Shown here: piece after piece, positions 54,146 through 63,932 of the stretch
Layout of the letters: each line of letters begins with the position of its first letter
Numbering within the stretch: position 1 is the first letter of the stretch
Assembly (NCBI GenBank): GCA_036401335.1
Contig: DASWVC010000033.1
Coordinates: 291-64,290 of the forward strand
Direction: 5' to 3'
Origin: Chthoniobacterales bacterium
Lineage (GTDB): Bacteria > Verrucomicrobiota > Verrucomicrobiia > Chthoniobacterales > JAFAMB01
Length of the DNA stretch: 64,000 nucleotides
Program-made: the position numbers and the translations under genes
Notes under the pieces: generated by a model
What the model was told of the DNA's origin: nothing
Database searches by the model: none
What the model saw: the letters and a program-made list of their open reading frames with translations, nothing else

Positions 54146-55873
54146 ATGAATCCGAAGGACGGCTACGATCCACGCCAGCACTCCGCTCCCATCGTCGACG
54201 GCCCCGAGCGGGCTTTCAGCCGCGGAATGTTGTACGCCGTAGGTTTCAAGAAAGAAGACTTTAAGAAATCGATCGTCGGGGTTGCGTCCACCTGGAGCAT
54301 GGTGACGCCGTGCAACATGCACATCGACGGCCTGGCGAGGGCGGCTGCCCGAGGGGTGGATGCGGCGGGAGGTAAATCGATCATCTTCAACACCATCACC
54401 ATCTCGGACGGCATCTCGATGGGCACCGAAGGAATGAAGTACTCGTTGGTGTCGCGCGAGATCATCGCGGATTCCATTGAAGCCGTGACCGGCTGTGAAG
54501 GATTTGACGGGGTGGTCGCGATCGGTGGTTGCGATAAGAACATGCCGGGTTGCCTGATGGCCCTGGCGCGGCTCAACCGCCCGTCGGTGTTTGTTTACGG
54601 CGGCACGATCCTGCCCGGGTGCATCAACAACAAATACGTGGATTTGGTGTCCATCTTTGAAGCGATCGGGGCGCATTCAAACGGTAAAATCTCCGATGCG
54701 GAGCTTGACGAGGTGGAAACGGTGGCCATCCCGGGCGCCGGTTCTTGCGGTGGCATGTACACCGCGAACACGATGGCCTCGGCCATCGAGGCCATGGGCA
54801 TGAGCCTGCCGAACAGTTCGGCGCAGGCGGCCGTGTCGCGTGAGAAGTTGGCGGACTGCGAGGCGGCAGGTGAGGCGGTCCTTAATCTGATAAAGCTGGG
54901 AATCCGGCCCTCCGACATCCTTACGAAAGAAGCGTTTGAAAACGCCATGACGGTGGTGATTGCGCTGGGCGGTTCGACCAACGCGGTGCTGCACCTCCTG
55001 GCCATCGCCCATGCGGCCGATGTTGAGCTTAAGCTGAACGATTGGACCCGGGTTGGCCAACGGGTGCCGGTGCTGGCTGACCTGAAGCCAAGCGGGAAAC
55101 ACGTGATGTGGGAGCTGGTGGAGATCGGCGGGATCATGCCCCTCATGAAAACCTTGCTGGACGAAGGATTGTTGCACGGGGATTGCCTTACCGTGACCGG
55201 CCGGAGCCTGAAGGAGAACCTTGCCGGCGTGAAGGCTTACGCGGAAGGCCAGTCGATCGTGCGTCCGCTCACCGATCCCATCAAGCCGGACAGCCACTTG
55301 GTCGTCCTCTACGGCAACCTGGCCCCGGACGGCGCAGTGGCCAAGATTTCCGGGAAAGAGGGGCTGCGTTTTGAAGGCCGGGCCCGGGTGTTTGAATCGG
55401 AAGAGCGCGCGTTGCGGGCCATTCTTGACGACCAGATCAAGCCCGGAGACGTCATCGTGATCCGTTACGAAGGCCCGCAGGGCGGCCCCGGGATGCGCGA
55501 GATGCTTGCACCCACGTCGGCCATCATGGGGAAAGGGTTGGGCAAAGAAGTTGCCTTGATCACTGATGGCCGGTTCTCGGGTGGCAGCCACGGGTTTGTC
55601 ATCGGCCACATCACGCCGGAGGCGTACGCCGGAGGTCCCATCGCAGTCGTCAGAGATGGCGACCCGATCCTGATTGATGGTGAGAAGCACCGCATCGATC
55701 TGGGATTGCCGGACCAAGAGATCGCGGAGCGGTTAGCCGCATGGGAAAAGCCAAGTCCCCGTTACGTGCGGGGAGCGCTAGCCAAGTACGCGCGGCAGGT
55801 GAGTTCCGCGTCGCTGGGGGCCGTGACAGACCTGGATGGCTCACCTCCCGAGACGGAAAAGCGCAAAAGTTGA
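54146..55873 (+). CDS. ilvD: Dihydroxy-acid dehydratase
   Basis: Start at MNPKDGYDPRQHS (ATG at 54146, checked). CDKNMPG, SCGGMYTANTM and TDGRFSGGSHG motifs. Confidence 0.95.
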   Translation: MNPKDGYDPRQHSAPIVDGPERAFSRGMLYAVGFKKEDFKKSIVGVASTWSMVTPCNMHIDGLARAAARGVDAAGGKSIIFNTITISDGISMGTEGMKYSLVSREIIADSIEAVTGCEGFDGVVAIGGCDKNMPGCLMALARLNRPSVFVYGGTILPGCINNKYVDLVSIFEAIGAHSNGKISDAELDEVETVAIPGAGSCGGMYTANTMASAIEAMGMSLPNSSAQAAVSREKLADCEAAGEAVLNLIKLGIRPSDILTKEAFENAMTVVIALGGSTNAVLHLLAIAHAADVELKLNDWTRVGQRVPVLADLKPSGKHVMWELVEIGGIMPLMKTLLDEGLLHGDCLTVTGRSLKENLAGVKAYAEGQSIVRPLTDPIKPDSHLVVLYGNLAPDGAVAKISGKEGLRFEGRARVFESEERALRAILDDQIKPGDVIVIRYEGPQGGPGMREMLAPTSAIMGKGLGKEVALITDGRFSGGSHGFVIGHITPEAYAGGPIAVVRDGDPILIDGEKHRIDLGLPDQEIAERLAAWEKPSPRYVRGALAKYARQVSSASLGAVTDLDGSPPETEKRKS

Positions 55874-56091
55874 CCGCACTCGCGACCGGGTGGTCGCGCA
55901 CTGCGATTGGTACCTACGACGATGCCTTCATAACCAGCGGCGTCCTCTGGCTGCTCGAAAACGCGTTGGTGCTCTCGATCGCGCGCCGGCCGCGGCTCAA
56001 GGCGGCCTTTGCCGCTTTGGCAACCTTAGGCAGTTCCGAACCCCCGGGCACCCTGCCACGGCGCTGCCCTGACGTCGGGTAATTTCATCCC

Positions 56092-56283
56092 ATGAGTTCC
56101 CCGAAAACTTTTTCATCGGCGTTGACGTGGGCACCGGCAGCGCATGCGCCCGGGTGTTTGATGCGACCGGCCGCCTGCACGGCTCGGCTGGAAGTCCGAC
56201 TCGGCGGCGACGTTCGCGCCTACCACGACCGCAAGTCCCGTTTGTACCACCGGATGTACGACCGACTGCGCTACGGTCAGCTC
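56092..56283 (+). pseudogene. FGGY-family carbohydrate kinase reduced to its N- and C-terminal ~30 codons (internal deletion plus frameshift)
   Basis: Frame 3 reads FFIGVDVGTGSACARVFDATGRLHGSA, the FGGY N-terminal ATPase motif. Frame 1 reads VRAYHDRKSRLYHRMYDRLRYGQL, the typical pentulose-kinase C-terminus. The ATG at 56092 is out of frame with the N-terminal motif. Confidence 0.5.
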
Positions 56284-56306
56284 ACATGCGCGGGTAGCGC
56301 AAACCC

Positions 56307-57701
56307 TCAACCACCCTTGGCCAGGTCAACGGCGGCCGTCGCCGAAGGTCCAAGGTTGTAACCTGGACCCGGCTCCAGGATTATAAGGGCGGATTGGGTC
56401 ACACCGTCCTCCGCCAGCTCACTGACCGAAGTAATGGGGACATTGAAGGCTTGGCCCGATTGGCCCGCGGGGATTTCGATGGTTCCCGTAAAGCTCTGGT
56501 CGTCGTTGGTTTCCGAAGCGATTGCGTGGACCGAATACCTGATTCCGAGAGCCTGAGATACGTCTCCGAGACGGGTGACCAGAAATGCCGCCGTTAAGGT
56601 CGAGCCCTGAAACGACAGGCCAGCCCCGCGTTGGATGGATACCTCGGGATAGTCCGGGATAAACAGCGCGCCGTGCGGGCTCCGCATCCCGGTCACGATG
56701 GGATTCACGAAACCGGTGCTCAGATCCACCTTGCCCAGGATGCCGTCGCTATCACTCGCCGAGTAGGCGCCGCCCGGCTGAAAGGCGTTGCTATGAACGG
56801 CGTAAACGGTGTCTGCTTTGGTGTCCACAACCAGGACGGTCCCGCTCGGAGCGGTTGGGAACACCGTGTCATCCACGGTGATCTGTTTGGCGGTTCCGTT
56901 GGTCAAATGGAGCAGAAGGCTTGCTTGCTGGGGCGAACCGGGGGCATTGATGAAGATGAGGTCCCCATCGGCCTGACTGTCGAGCACGAGGTCCCCGGCA
57001 GCGTCGACTTTCAACGAATCCGGGTCTGATTGTTGCGAGCGGTCGGTTTTGCCCGTTACCACGTTGCTGAGCGGATCGTTGCCTTTAAGCACGGGGCTCA
57101 CGGTGATCTGGTGCCCGGATAGACGCGCTTCGACCACCGAAGGGTGCACGTTCTGGCCATTCGGCGTCGTGGGGGTAGACGGCAGGACGGTCGGATTGGA
57201 GGCGCTGATAAAGGTGTGGCCTTGCAGAAAGACGACGTCGTCGTATCCACCGCCGTGGGAAGGCGGTTGCGCGTACGTGTAGTGCTCCCGGGCGCCGGTC
57301 TGAGGATCGATGATGGTCAGGGCAGGATTGGCATCCTCGTTCCGCAAGGCCCAGAGTCGACGGGTAAAGGGGTTGTATTTAAGGCCATCGTTCTTGCCGG
57401 ACACGACAAAAGTTCGAACGATCCGACCGGTCGGATCGTACTGGACGATGGTGCTGGGGCCACCTGAGCCATCCGGTTGCGAAGTGTTCGCGTACGTAAC
57501 GAAGATGCTCCCGCCCCCTTCGGTGATGGAGTCGGGGTTGGTGAGTCCGGCGGGAGCCGCGGCGAACACCGTTACCGTGTAGGGTGCCTTGGCGGTTGGC
57601 TGAGCGCCGGCGGTTAGGGCCGTCACGGGCGCCAACAGGGCTGCAGCCAGCCGGAGGATCGAATGGGTGGGCATCAAAAAACGGCTCTCTCGAGTTTTCA
57701 T
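56307..57701 (-). CDS. Secreted hypothetical protein with C-terminal Calx-beta-like domain
   Basis: Signal peptide (MPTHSILRLAAALLAPVTALTAGA, from the second ATG at 57674). The C-terminal ~100 aa fit the Calx-beta pattern (V.R.GD.S..L...Y......D....GT.EIPAGQS...F.VPI). Confidence 0.6.
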   Translation of the reverse strand: MKTRESRFLMPTHSILRLAAALLAPVTALTAGAQPTAKAPYTVTVFAAAPAGLTNPDSITEGGGSIFVTYANTSQPDGSGGPSTIVQYDPTGRIVRTFVVSGKNDGLKYNPFTRRLWALRNEDANPALTIIDPQTGAREHYTYAQPPSHGGGYDDVVFLQGHTFISASNPTVLPSTPTTPNGQNVHPSVVEARLSGHQITVSPVLKGNDPLSNVVTGKTDRSQQSDPDSLKVDAAGDLVLDSQADGDLIFINAPGSPQQASLLLHLTNGTAKQITVDDTVFPTAPSGTVLVVDTKADTVYAVHSNAFQPGGAYSASDSDGILGKVDLSTGFVNPIVTGMRSPHGALFIPDYPEVSIQRGAGLSFQGSTLTAAFLVTRLGDVSQALGIRYSVHAIASETNDDQSFTGTIEIPAGQSGQAFNVPITSVSELAEDGVTQSALIILEPGPGYNLGPSATAAVDLAKGG

Positions 57702-57904
57702 AAGGGCAATTTGCGCGGTCCCTGCGGTGGTAGAAATCCGGTCGGCAAGGCGCCGTGTTTGTCCGTTGTGAGAACAAAGGTCCTCGGCACTGCGCGTCCT
57801 GGCGACTGGAGGGTACGGCGGGGACCCTAAATCGCCGTGAGCATTCTAGACAGCTCGAACCGGTAACGTTTTTGTAACCTCATGGTGCCGCCTTGCCCGG
57901 GAAC

Positions 57905-60900
57905 TCATTCTTTCCGTACCGCCCGGAGAAGGGCTGGAAGGACCAGCAACACGAGCGGCAGTTGAAAACAGAGCCCGGAGATGATCGCGATGGCCAGCGG
58001 CCGAAGCATGGCCGCACCTTCTCCCAAACCGAGCGCCAACGGCGCCAAGGCCAGGATCGCGGCGATTGTCGTCATCGCGATCGGGCGCATCCGGTTGAGG
58101 CCGGCCACGATGAGACGGTCGGGGCCCGACTGCTCCCGAAGTTCAGAATAGTAAAAGATCGAAACCTCCGTGACGATTCCGACGACCATGGTCATTCCCA
58201 TGCGGGAGGTGATGTTAAATTCCGTCCCGGTAAGCCATAACCCGACGTAAACGGCCGCCACAGCCAGAAAGGCAATGCCTAGCATGGCAAGCGCCACCCG
58301 GAAACTTTCATAAAGGAACACCAGCAGCAGGAAGGTCAGGATCACGGCCGCCGCCAGCACCACCGTGAGGCCCTGAAACGCAATCTGCTGCTGCTCGTAC
58401 AACCCACCCAAGGCATAGGGAACCGTGGCGGGCACCACCCCCGGCTGTGCGAGCACGCGTTTCACCTCGGTAACCGTGGAACCGAGGTCCCGCCCGCTAA
58501 TCCGGGCCGTGACCGCCACCATGCGTTTCAAGTCCTCCCGTTTGATCTCCGGTTGGCCGCTCGTCGCAGTGAGCTTCGCAACGCGAGCCAGCGGGAAAAG
58601 GTGTCCATCGGGGGCCCGGATGAGCAAACGCTCCACTTGAGGCGTGATTTGGCGATCGTGCTCCGGGACCCACACCCTCACCCCGATCAGCTTGGGTGGC
58701 TGCAGGACCCGGGTCGCCACATCCCCGGACAAATAACTCGTTAGCACCTTGGTGATGGCATCCGGGTCCATGCCTTCGAGCACGGCCTTTCTGCGGTCGA
58801 CCTCGACGCTGAGGGCGTCGCCCGCGGGAGTGATTCCGTTCTTAACTTCCACCACGCCCCGCACGTGCGAAACGGCTTCTGCCACTTTGGGAGCGAGGGT
58901 CTGCAAGCCTTGTTCATCGTCGGAAAATAACTTGATTTCGATCGGTTGCGGCACGCTCGTCAGGTCGCCAATAAGGTCTTCCATCACTTGGGCCGTTTCC
59001 ACTTGAAGGCTAGGGATGGTCTGCCCGATTTGCTGGCGGACGTCGTCCATGACCGCTTCTACTCCCCGGCGCGGCAGCGGACGGAGGCGCACGAAGAAAT
59101 CGCCGCTGTTTGTTTCGTTGAGGTCACCACCTAATCCAAGCCCTGTTCGGCGTGAGTAGGTTTGCGTCTCCGGCAGCTTTCGCAAAATGCCTTCGACCTG
59201 GCGCAGCAGCCGATCGGTCTCGGCGAGGGAGGTGCCCGGAAGCGAATGGTAATCAAGAATGAATCCGCCTTCATCCATGGCCGGCATGAACCCGGAAGAA
59301 ACGTGTTGGAAGGCAAAAATTCCAAGCACTGCCGTGGGCAAGCAGATCAGCAGGATGAAGGCGGGCCGACGAACGAAAAACCCGGCCAGCCGCCGGTACC
59401 CTCGATCCAGCCGTCCCGCGTGAGGCTGAGGATGCGTGCGGGACCGAACGCCACGGTGCAGGCAACGGGCAGCAACCGCGGGCAGCACGAGCCAGGAGAT
59501 CAGCAGCGAGAGGATCAGGCTGGCTGCCATGGTGAGTGATAGGGCCTTGAAAAACGCGCCCGTCACCCCCGACAAAAAGGCCAGCGGAGCAAAAATGATG
59601 ACCGTGGCGGTGGAGGAGGCCAGCAACGGCTCAGAGAACTCACGGGCCGCCGTCAACACGGAACTGCCCTCGCCTTCTTGCTGGCGGCGCACAATGTGCT
59701 CTGCCATGACGATCGCATCGTCAATGATCAGGCCCACAGCGGCCGCGATGCCGCCCAACGTCATAATGTTTAAGCTCATCTTGAGCACGCCGAGGAGCAG
59801 GATCGTCGAACAGAGGACCGCGGGAACCGTGACGGCGGCGATGGCGGTGATCCGCCAGTCACGCAGAAACCCAAGCAGCACCAGGATCGCAAGTCCGATG
59901 CCAATCAGGACCGCGTCCCGAGTGCTGGTGGCGGAAGAAGTGATCAGCTGCCCTTGGTCGTACCAATCGGCGACGCGGACGTCAGCCGGGATGGATGTTC
60001 CCAACGCGCTCAGCTTGCGCTTTATGCCGGCGGCAATCTGCACCGTGTTGCCGCCGGGTTGCTGGTAAACCTGGAAGAGCACGGCGTCGTGGGCATCCGC
60101 CGTCACGCGGGTCCACCGTGGTTCGGTGCTGCGTTCAATCGTAGCGACATCGCCCAGGAAAAGCGTGCCGGAGGAACCGGAGGCAATCACCACCTTCGGC
60201 AGGTCCGCAAAGGATTTCAGGCGGGTGTCAGAAATGACGAGATAGAGTTTCTCGGACTCCTCAAGTTTGCCTACGGCTGAAAGAACGTTCTGGGCCGCGA
60301 GCACCGCGGACACGTCCGTGATGGTGAGCTTCAAGGCCTGCAGCTTCGGCAGGTCAACGACGACCCGGTATTCTTCGGTCTGTCCGCCTTGCACCCCAAC
60401 TTGCGCAACGCCCGGCACCGTGGCCAGGGCAGGCCGCACCGTGTAGCTGGCGAGGTCGCGCAGTTCTTGCAGGGGACGGTGATCGGAAGTGAGGCTGTAG
60501 GCAATCACCGGGAACACGGTGGGGTCCATGCGCAACACGTTGAAGGTGGTGCCCGGCGGCAGGGCGGAGAGCACCTTGTTGATCTGGGACTCCACCTGGA
60601 GCATGGCCGCCACCATGTCTTCGCCCCAATCGAAATTCACATTGACCTCTGCGCTTCCCCGAGTCGTGTTTGAACGAACGCCGCGAACTCCGGGAATGGC
60701 GCGAACGGCTTCCTCGACGGGAATTGTTGCCTCGATGGCCATGCGTTCCGCCGGCCGGTCGCCGGCATCAAGGCTGATGCGGACGCGCGGAAAGTCCACC
60801 TGCGGAAACAGGCTCACCGGCAACTGCCATGCCGTGACGGCCCCCGCCAAGGCGAGGACCGTCACCAGACTAACCAGAAACCGGGCGTGGCGGGAGGCCC

Positions 60901-60916
60901 ATTCAACGGGATTCAT
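57905..60916 (-). CDS. RND efflux transporter permease (AcrB/HAE-like)
   Basis: Start at MNPVEWASRH (ATG checked). 12-TM/two-loop architecture, with TM4 GLIIDDAIVMAEHI closer to the AcrB-type VDDAIVV.EN motif than to the CzcA-type motif. Confidence 0.92.
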   Translation of the reverse strand: MNPVEWASRHARFLVSLVTVLALAGAVTAWQLPVSLFPQVDFPRVRISLDAGDRPAERMAIEATIPVEEAVRAIPGVRGVRSNTTRGSAEVNVNFDWGEDMVAAMLQVESQINKVLSALPPGTTFNVLRMDPTVFPVIAYSLTSDHRPLQELRDLASYTVRPALATVPGVAQVGVQGGQTEEYRVVVDLPKLQALKLTITDVSAVLAAQNVLSAVGKLEESEKLYLVISDTRLKSFADLPKVVIASGSSGTLFLGDVATIERSTEPRWTRVTADAHDAVLFQVYQQPGGNTVQIAAGIKRKLSALGTSIPADVRVADWYDQGQLITSSATSTRDAVLIGIGLAILVLLGFLRDWRITAIAAVTVPAVLCSTILLLGVLKMSLNIMTLGGIAAAVGLIIDDAIVMAEHIVRRQQEGEGSSVLTAAREFSEPLLASSTATVIIFAPLAFLSGVTGAFFKALSLTMAASLILSLLISWLVLPAVAARCLHRGVRSRTHPQPHAGRLDRGYRRLAGFFVRRPAFILLICLPTAVLGIFAFQHVSSGFMPAMDEGGFILDYHSLPGTSLAETDRLLRQVEGILRKLPETQTYSRRTGLGLGGDLNETNSGDFFVRLRPLPRRGVEAVMDDVRQQIGQTIPSLQVETAQVMEDLIGDLTSVPQPIEIKLFSDDEQGLQTLAPKVAEAVSHVRGVVEVKNGITPAGDALSVEVDRRKAVLEGMDPDAITKVLTSYLSGDVATRVLQPPKLIGVRVWVPEHDRQITPQVERLLIRAPDGHLFPLARVAKLTATSGQPEIKREDLKRMVAVTARISGRDLGSTVTEVKRVLAQPGVVPATVPYALGGLYEQQQIAFQGLTVVLAAAVILTFLLLVFLYESFRVALAMLGIAFLAVAAVYVGLWLTGTEFNITSRMGMTMVVGIVTEVSIFYYSELREQSGPDRLIVAGLNRMRPIAMTTIAAILALAPLALGLGEGAAMLRPLAIAIISGLCFQLPLVLLVLPALLRAVRKE

Positions 60917-62003
60917 CGCCCGTGGCGGCCTCCACCCGCATGCCGTCCGTGAGTTCGCGATGGCCTTGAACCACCACGGCATCTCCGGAGCGGATCGTGC
61001 CATCCGTCAGCTCGATCTCATCGTCGTTCTGCAGCCCAAGATGCACCGGGATCCGCTGCGCCTTTCCTTCCCGAACGACGAAGAGGACCGGTTCGCCTTG
61101 GTCCTCAAAGACGGCCCGTCGGGGTACCACGACCCCTTCGTGCGCAGCCACCTCGATATTTCCTTGCACGTAAGCGTTCAGCAGCAGACTGCCTGGTTGG
61201 GGAAGGGCCACGTAGACGTCCACCAACCGCGTGGTCGCGTTGACTTGTCCGGAGACCAGTTTCACCGTGCCTTCCCACGTCGCCGCCGCAGGGTCATCGG
61301 AGGGTCCCAGGGCCACCTTCTCGCCCGGCGCGACCCGCCCGGCGGCGCCCGGTTCAACGCCCAACCGGACTTGCAGGTCGTCACCAGACGCGACTTCCAC
61401 GATGGCGGTGCCTGCGGGCGCCAACTGGCCGTCTTGCACGCCGATTCGGGCCACCAAACCATCGACGTCCGCGATCGCTTGCTCGGATGGATGCACCCCC
61501 TCATCCCGCAGGCTGGCCAATTGCAGGTCGGCGTCCGTCGCGCCCTTTTCGGCTGCGCCGAGCTCCTGGACGGTTGCCAGCTTAAGGTCAAAGCGCCGCC
61601 GCGTCTGATCAAGGTCCCGATGGGCCATCCGGGCGGCGTTTTCGGCTTGGTGCAGTTGGAGCAAGGTCGCGGCGCTGGCGTCGACCTCGACCAGGGGTTG
61701 ACCCCGTTTGACCGGTTCACCCGGAGCCACCAGGACGTGGCGCACCCGCGTTTCGAAAGCGCGGGTAACGGTGTGGGTGCTGCCCGGTTCCGCCGTCACG
61801 GAGCCGAAGGCCGTGCACGTTTCCGCGATCCTTTTTCGCGAGGCAACAGCGACGACGACTTTGGCCACTGGTTCAGCCTCGTGGTCCTCCGGGTGTTCCG
61901 CTCCGGGGTGCGGCGCACAACCCAGCAGCAGAAGTGCAAACCCGGCATGAAACGCACGGCGGAACACAGGCCACCCGGGCTGCCGCCCGCCCCGGAACCT
62001 CAC
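60903..62003 (-). CDS. RND efflux periplasmic adaptor (MFP) lipoprotein
   Basis: Lipobox LLLLGC, then biotinyl-lipoyl/beta-barrel adaptor pattern. A GTG at 62001-62003 overlaps the OMP stop (GTGA); an alternative GTG is at 61964. Confidence 0.88.
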   Translation of the reverse strand: MRFRGGRQPGWPVFRRAFHAGFALLLLGCAPHPGAEHPEDHEAEPVAKVVVAVASRKRIAETCTAFGSVTAEPGSTHTVTRAFETRVRHVLVAPGEPVKRGQPLVEVDASAATLLQLHQAENAARMAHRDLDQTRRRFDLKLATVQELGAAEKGATDADLQLASLRDEGVHPSEQAIADVDGLVARIGVQDGQLAPAGTAIVEVASGDDLQVRLGVEPGAAGRVAPGEKVALGPSDDPAAATWEGTVKLVSGQVNATTRLVDVYVALPQPGSLLLNAYVQGNIEVAAHEGVVVPRRAVFEDQGEPVLFVVREGKAQRIPVHLGLQNDDEIELTDGTIRSGDAVVVQGHRELTDGMRVEAATGDESR

Positions 62004-63370
62004 GCACCGCCCTCCTGATCCGGGAGGAAGCAACCGGCCGCCAACTCGAGCGCCACCCGGGCTTCGTGCAGTTGTTGTTTTAGCTTCAACAGCTGAATCC
62101 GCTTTTGATTGTAATTGGCCCTGGCCTGGTAGTAAGCGAGCACGTCGGCGTTCTGGCCCTGAAGCGCGGCCTGGGCCGTCTCGAGTAGGCGGGCCAAGGC
62201 GGGCAACGCGGCCGCGGCTGCGGCCACCTGAACGTTGAGCGACCGAAGGTCGGCGGTGGCTTCCGCGACGTCCGCCCGCGCTTGGAACAAACGGTTCGTG
62301 TACTCATCGTACAGGCTTTGGCGGGTAGCCTTTTCGACCGCAATGCTGCCTTGGTTTCGATCAAAAATCGGCAGGTCAAACGAGAACGACAACCCGGTCG
62401 TGTGCACGTTGCTCGTGTCGCTCGCGTGGGAGAACCCCAGGTTCACCTTGGGAAGCTGCGCTAGCACCGCGGCGCGCAGCTTTGCGTCCTGGCTTTCGTA
62501 GCCGACCCGCAGACCCAGCAGATCCAGGCGCCGGTGCTCCAGCGCGGAAATCAACGCCCCGGCATCCGGGACACGCAAGGAGGCGGACAGGTTCGCTTCG
62601 GCCGGCAGGGGCAAAACGGTTTGCGGCGGTGCGCCCACCGCCCGGTTCAACGCCAGCGTCTGTTTCGCCAGATCCTGCTGCAGGCTGAGGTAAGTCGCCC
62701 GGGCATCGGTGCCGGTGGCCTGTGCCGCCGCGAGGTCGAGCGCGCTCTTTTGACGCTCGTTGACTGCCTGCTGTAACAGGCCGACGGCTTGTTGCTGGTC
62801 GGCATCGATGAGACGGGCCTCTTGCGCCTGAGCGTGCAGCGCCATGACGCGGTACCAAGCCAGCCTGGCCGCTTCGGCGGCCTGCCATTCAATCCAAGCC
62901 ACGTCCAGCTCGATGGCCTGGGCGCTTTTCTTCGCCGCCCGTACCTTGGCGTTTCGGCTGACCACGGATGACACGTCCCAGCTGCCGGTGAAGCCGTAGG
63001 CCGTGACGGTTCCCAGCGTATGGCCGCCAGTGACAAAGTCCCGCGCGTAGCCCAGCGTCGGATTCGGCAACACGCCGGCCGAGAACGTTTGGGCAGCAGC
63101 CAATCCCCGGCGGTCGCGATCGGCCCGCAGGGCCGGGTTGGCGATCACCGCCAGGACGGCTACTTGGTCCGGGCCCAGGCCGTGCCGAAAGTCCAGACGG
63201 ACGGGCTGGAGCAGCGGGTGCGCCACCTCCCTGGCGGCGATGGCAAGCCGATGCCGCGCCGGGAACCGCAGGGATTTTTGAACCCCGGCGGAGGTGAGCG
63301 GCTGGGCCGTGTAATGCGCACAGCTGACCACCGAAGCGGAGAGGGCAAGAAACCAAAGCCGCGTGCTCAT
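62000..63370 (-). CDS. Efflux outer-membrane factor (TolC/OprM family) lipoprotein
   Basis: Start at MSTRLWFLALSASVVSC (ATG checked). Two-repeat alpha-helical/beta-barrel OMF pattern. Confidence 0.88.
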   Translation of the reverse strand: MSTRLWFLALSASVVSCAHYTAQPLTSAGVQKSLRFPARHRLAIAAREVAHPLLQPVRLDFRHGLGPDQVAVLAVIANPALRADRDRRGLAAAQTFSAGVLPNPTLGYARDFVTGGHTLGTVTAYGFTGSWDVSSVVSRNAKVRAAKKSAQAIELDVAWIEWQAAEAARLAWYRVMALHAQAQEARLIDADQQQAVGLLQQAVNERQKSALDLAAAQATGTDARATYLSLQQDLAKQTLALNRAVGAPPQTVLPLPAEANLSASLRVPDAGALISALEHRRLDLLGLRVGYESQDAKLRAAVLAQLPKVNLGFSHASDTSNVHTTGLSFSFDLPIFDRNQGSIAVEKATRQSLYDEYTNRLFQARADVAEATADLRSLNVQVAAAAAALPALARLLETAQAALQGQNADVLAYYQARANYNQKRIQLLKLKQQLHEARVALELAAGCFLPDQEGGA

Positions 63371-63374
63371 ACGG

Positions 63375-63932
63375 TTACTTCCATCGTAAACTCTCCGCCA
63401 CGCGCTGCCGCAAGGCACGGTGATCCGAGGCGGTTGGCGACCACACGCTCAAAATCTGCAGCTGGCGAGGCTGCAGAAAGATGTACACGCTGCACTCCAG
63501 GGAAGGAGGCGCGTCGATCGCCGGCCCTGGATTGCTGCGGAACTTGAGAAGGACCGCACGGCCGGCCGGCAGGTCAACTTCTTTCATCCGCCTCAGTCTT
63601 GCGGGCTTAGCTCCCCCCAAACTCTTTACTTCGGCGCCCGCCACCCCCAGCGCATCCAGATTTTCTGGATGGGCGCGCAGCGCGACCGTTCTAACCCGAA
63701 TGCCCGCCACCTGCCCTCCAAAGGTTACCACGCCGGGGCTTTCGCTGCACAACCAACCCTTCGGCGCTTCGAGCGAGAAGCCTTTGACTTCACGCCGCTC
63801 ATAATCCGTGGGTTCTTCCAACCAGACGTGCGCGGCCGTGGTCGTTCCGGTGACCCGCGCCTCCGGAACCCGGCCTGGAGCCAGCTCGTCAGCTCCCGCA
63901 AAGGCCGGCAGGCAAAACCCCACAAAAGCCAA
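63375..63932 (-). CDS. Hypothetical secreted protein leading the RND operon (5' end uncertain; frame open to window end)
   Basis: No recognisable family. Upstream in-frame sequence RRRWRHARTLAFVGFCLPAFA looks like a signal peptide, yet no ATG/GTG/TTG occurs between 63932 and 64000. The true start is therefore either the TTG at 63932 or beyond the window. Confidence 0.45.
   Translation of the reverse strand: MAFVGFCLPAFAGADELAPGRVPEARVTGTTTAAHVWLEEPTDYERREVKGFSLEAPKGWLCSESPGVVTFGGQVAGIRVRTVALRAHPENLDALGVAGAEVKSLGGAKPARLRRMKEVDLPAGRAVLLKFRSNPGPAIDAPPSLECSVYIFLQPRQLQILSVWSPTASDHRALRQRVAESLRWK

Noticed and set aside
55881-55898. Hairpin cgcgacc-gggt-ggtcgcg after ilvD, as an intrinsic terminator
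   Set aside because: The stem is short (7 bp) and is not followed by a T-tract. I could not distinguish it from the background GC-rich palindromes that are frequent in this sequence.
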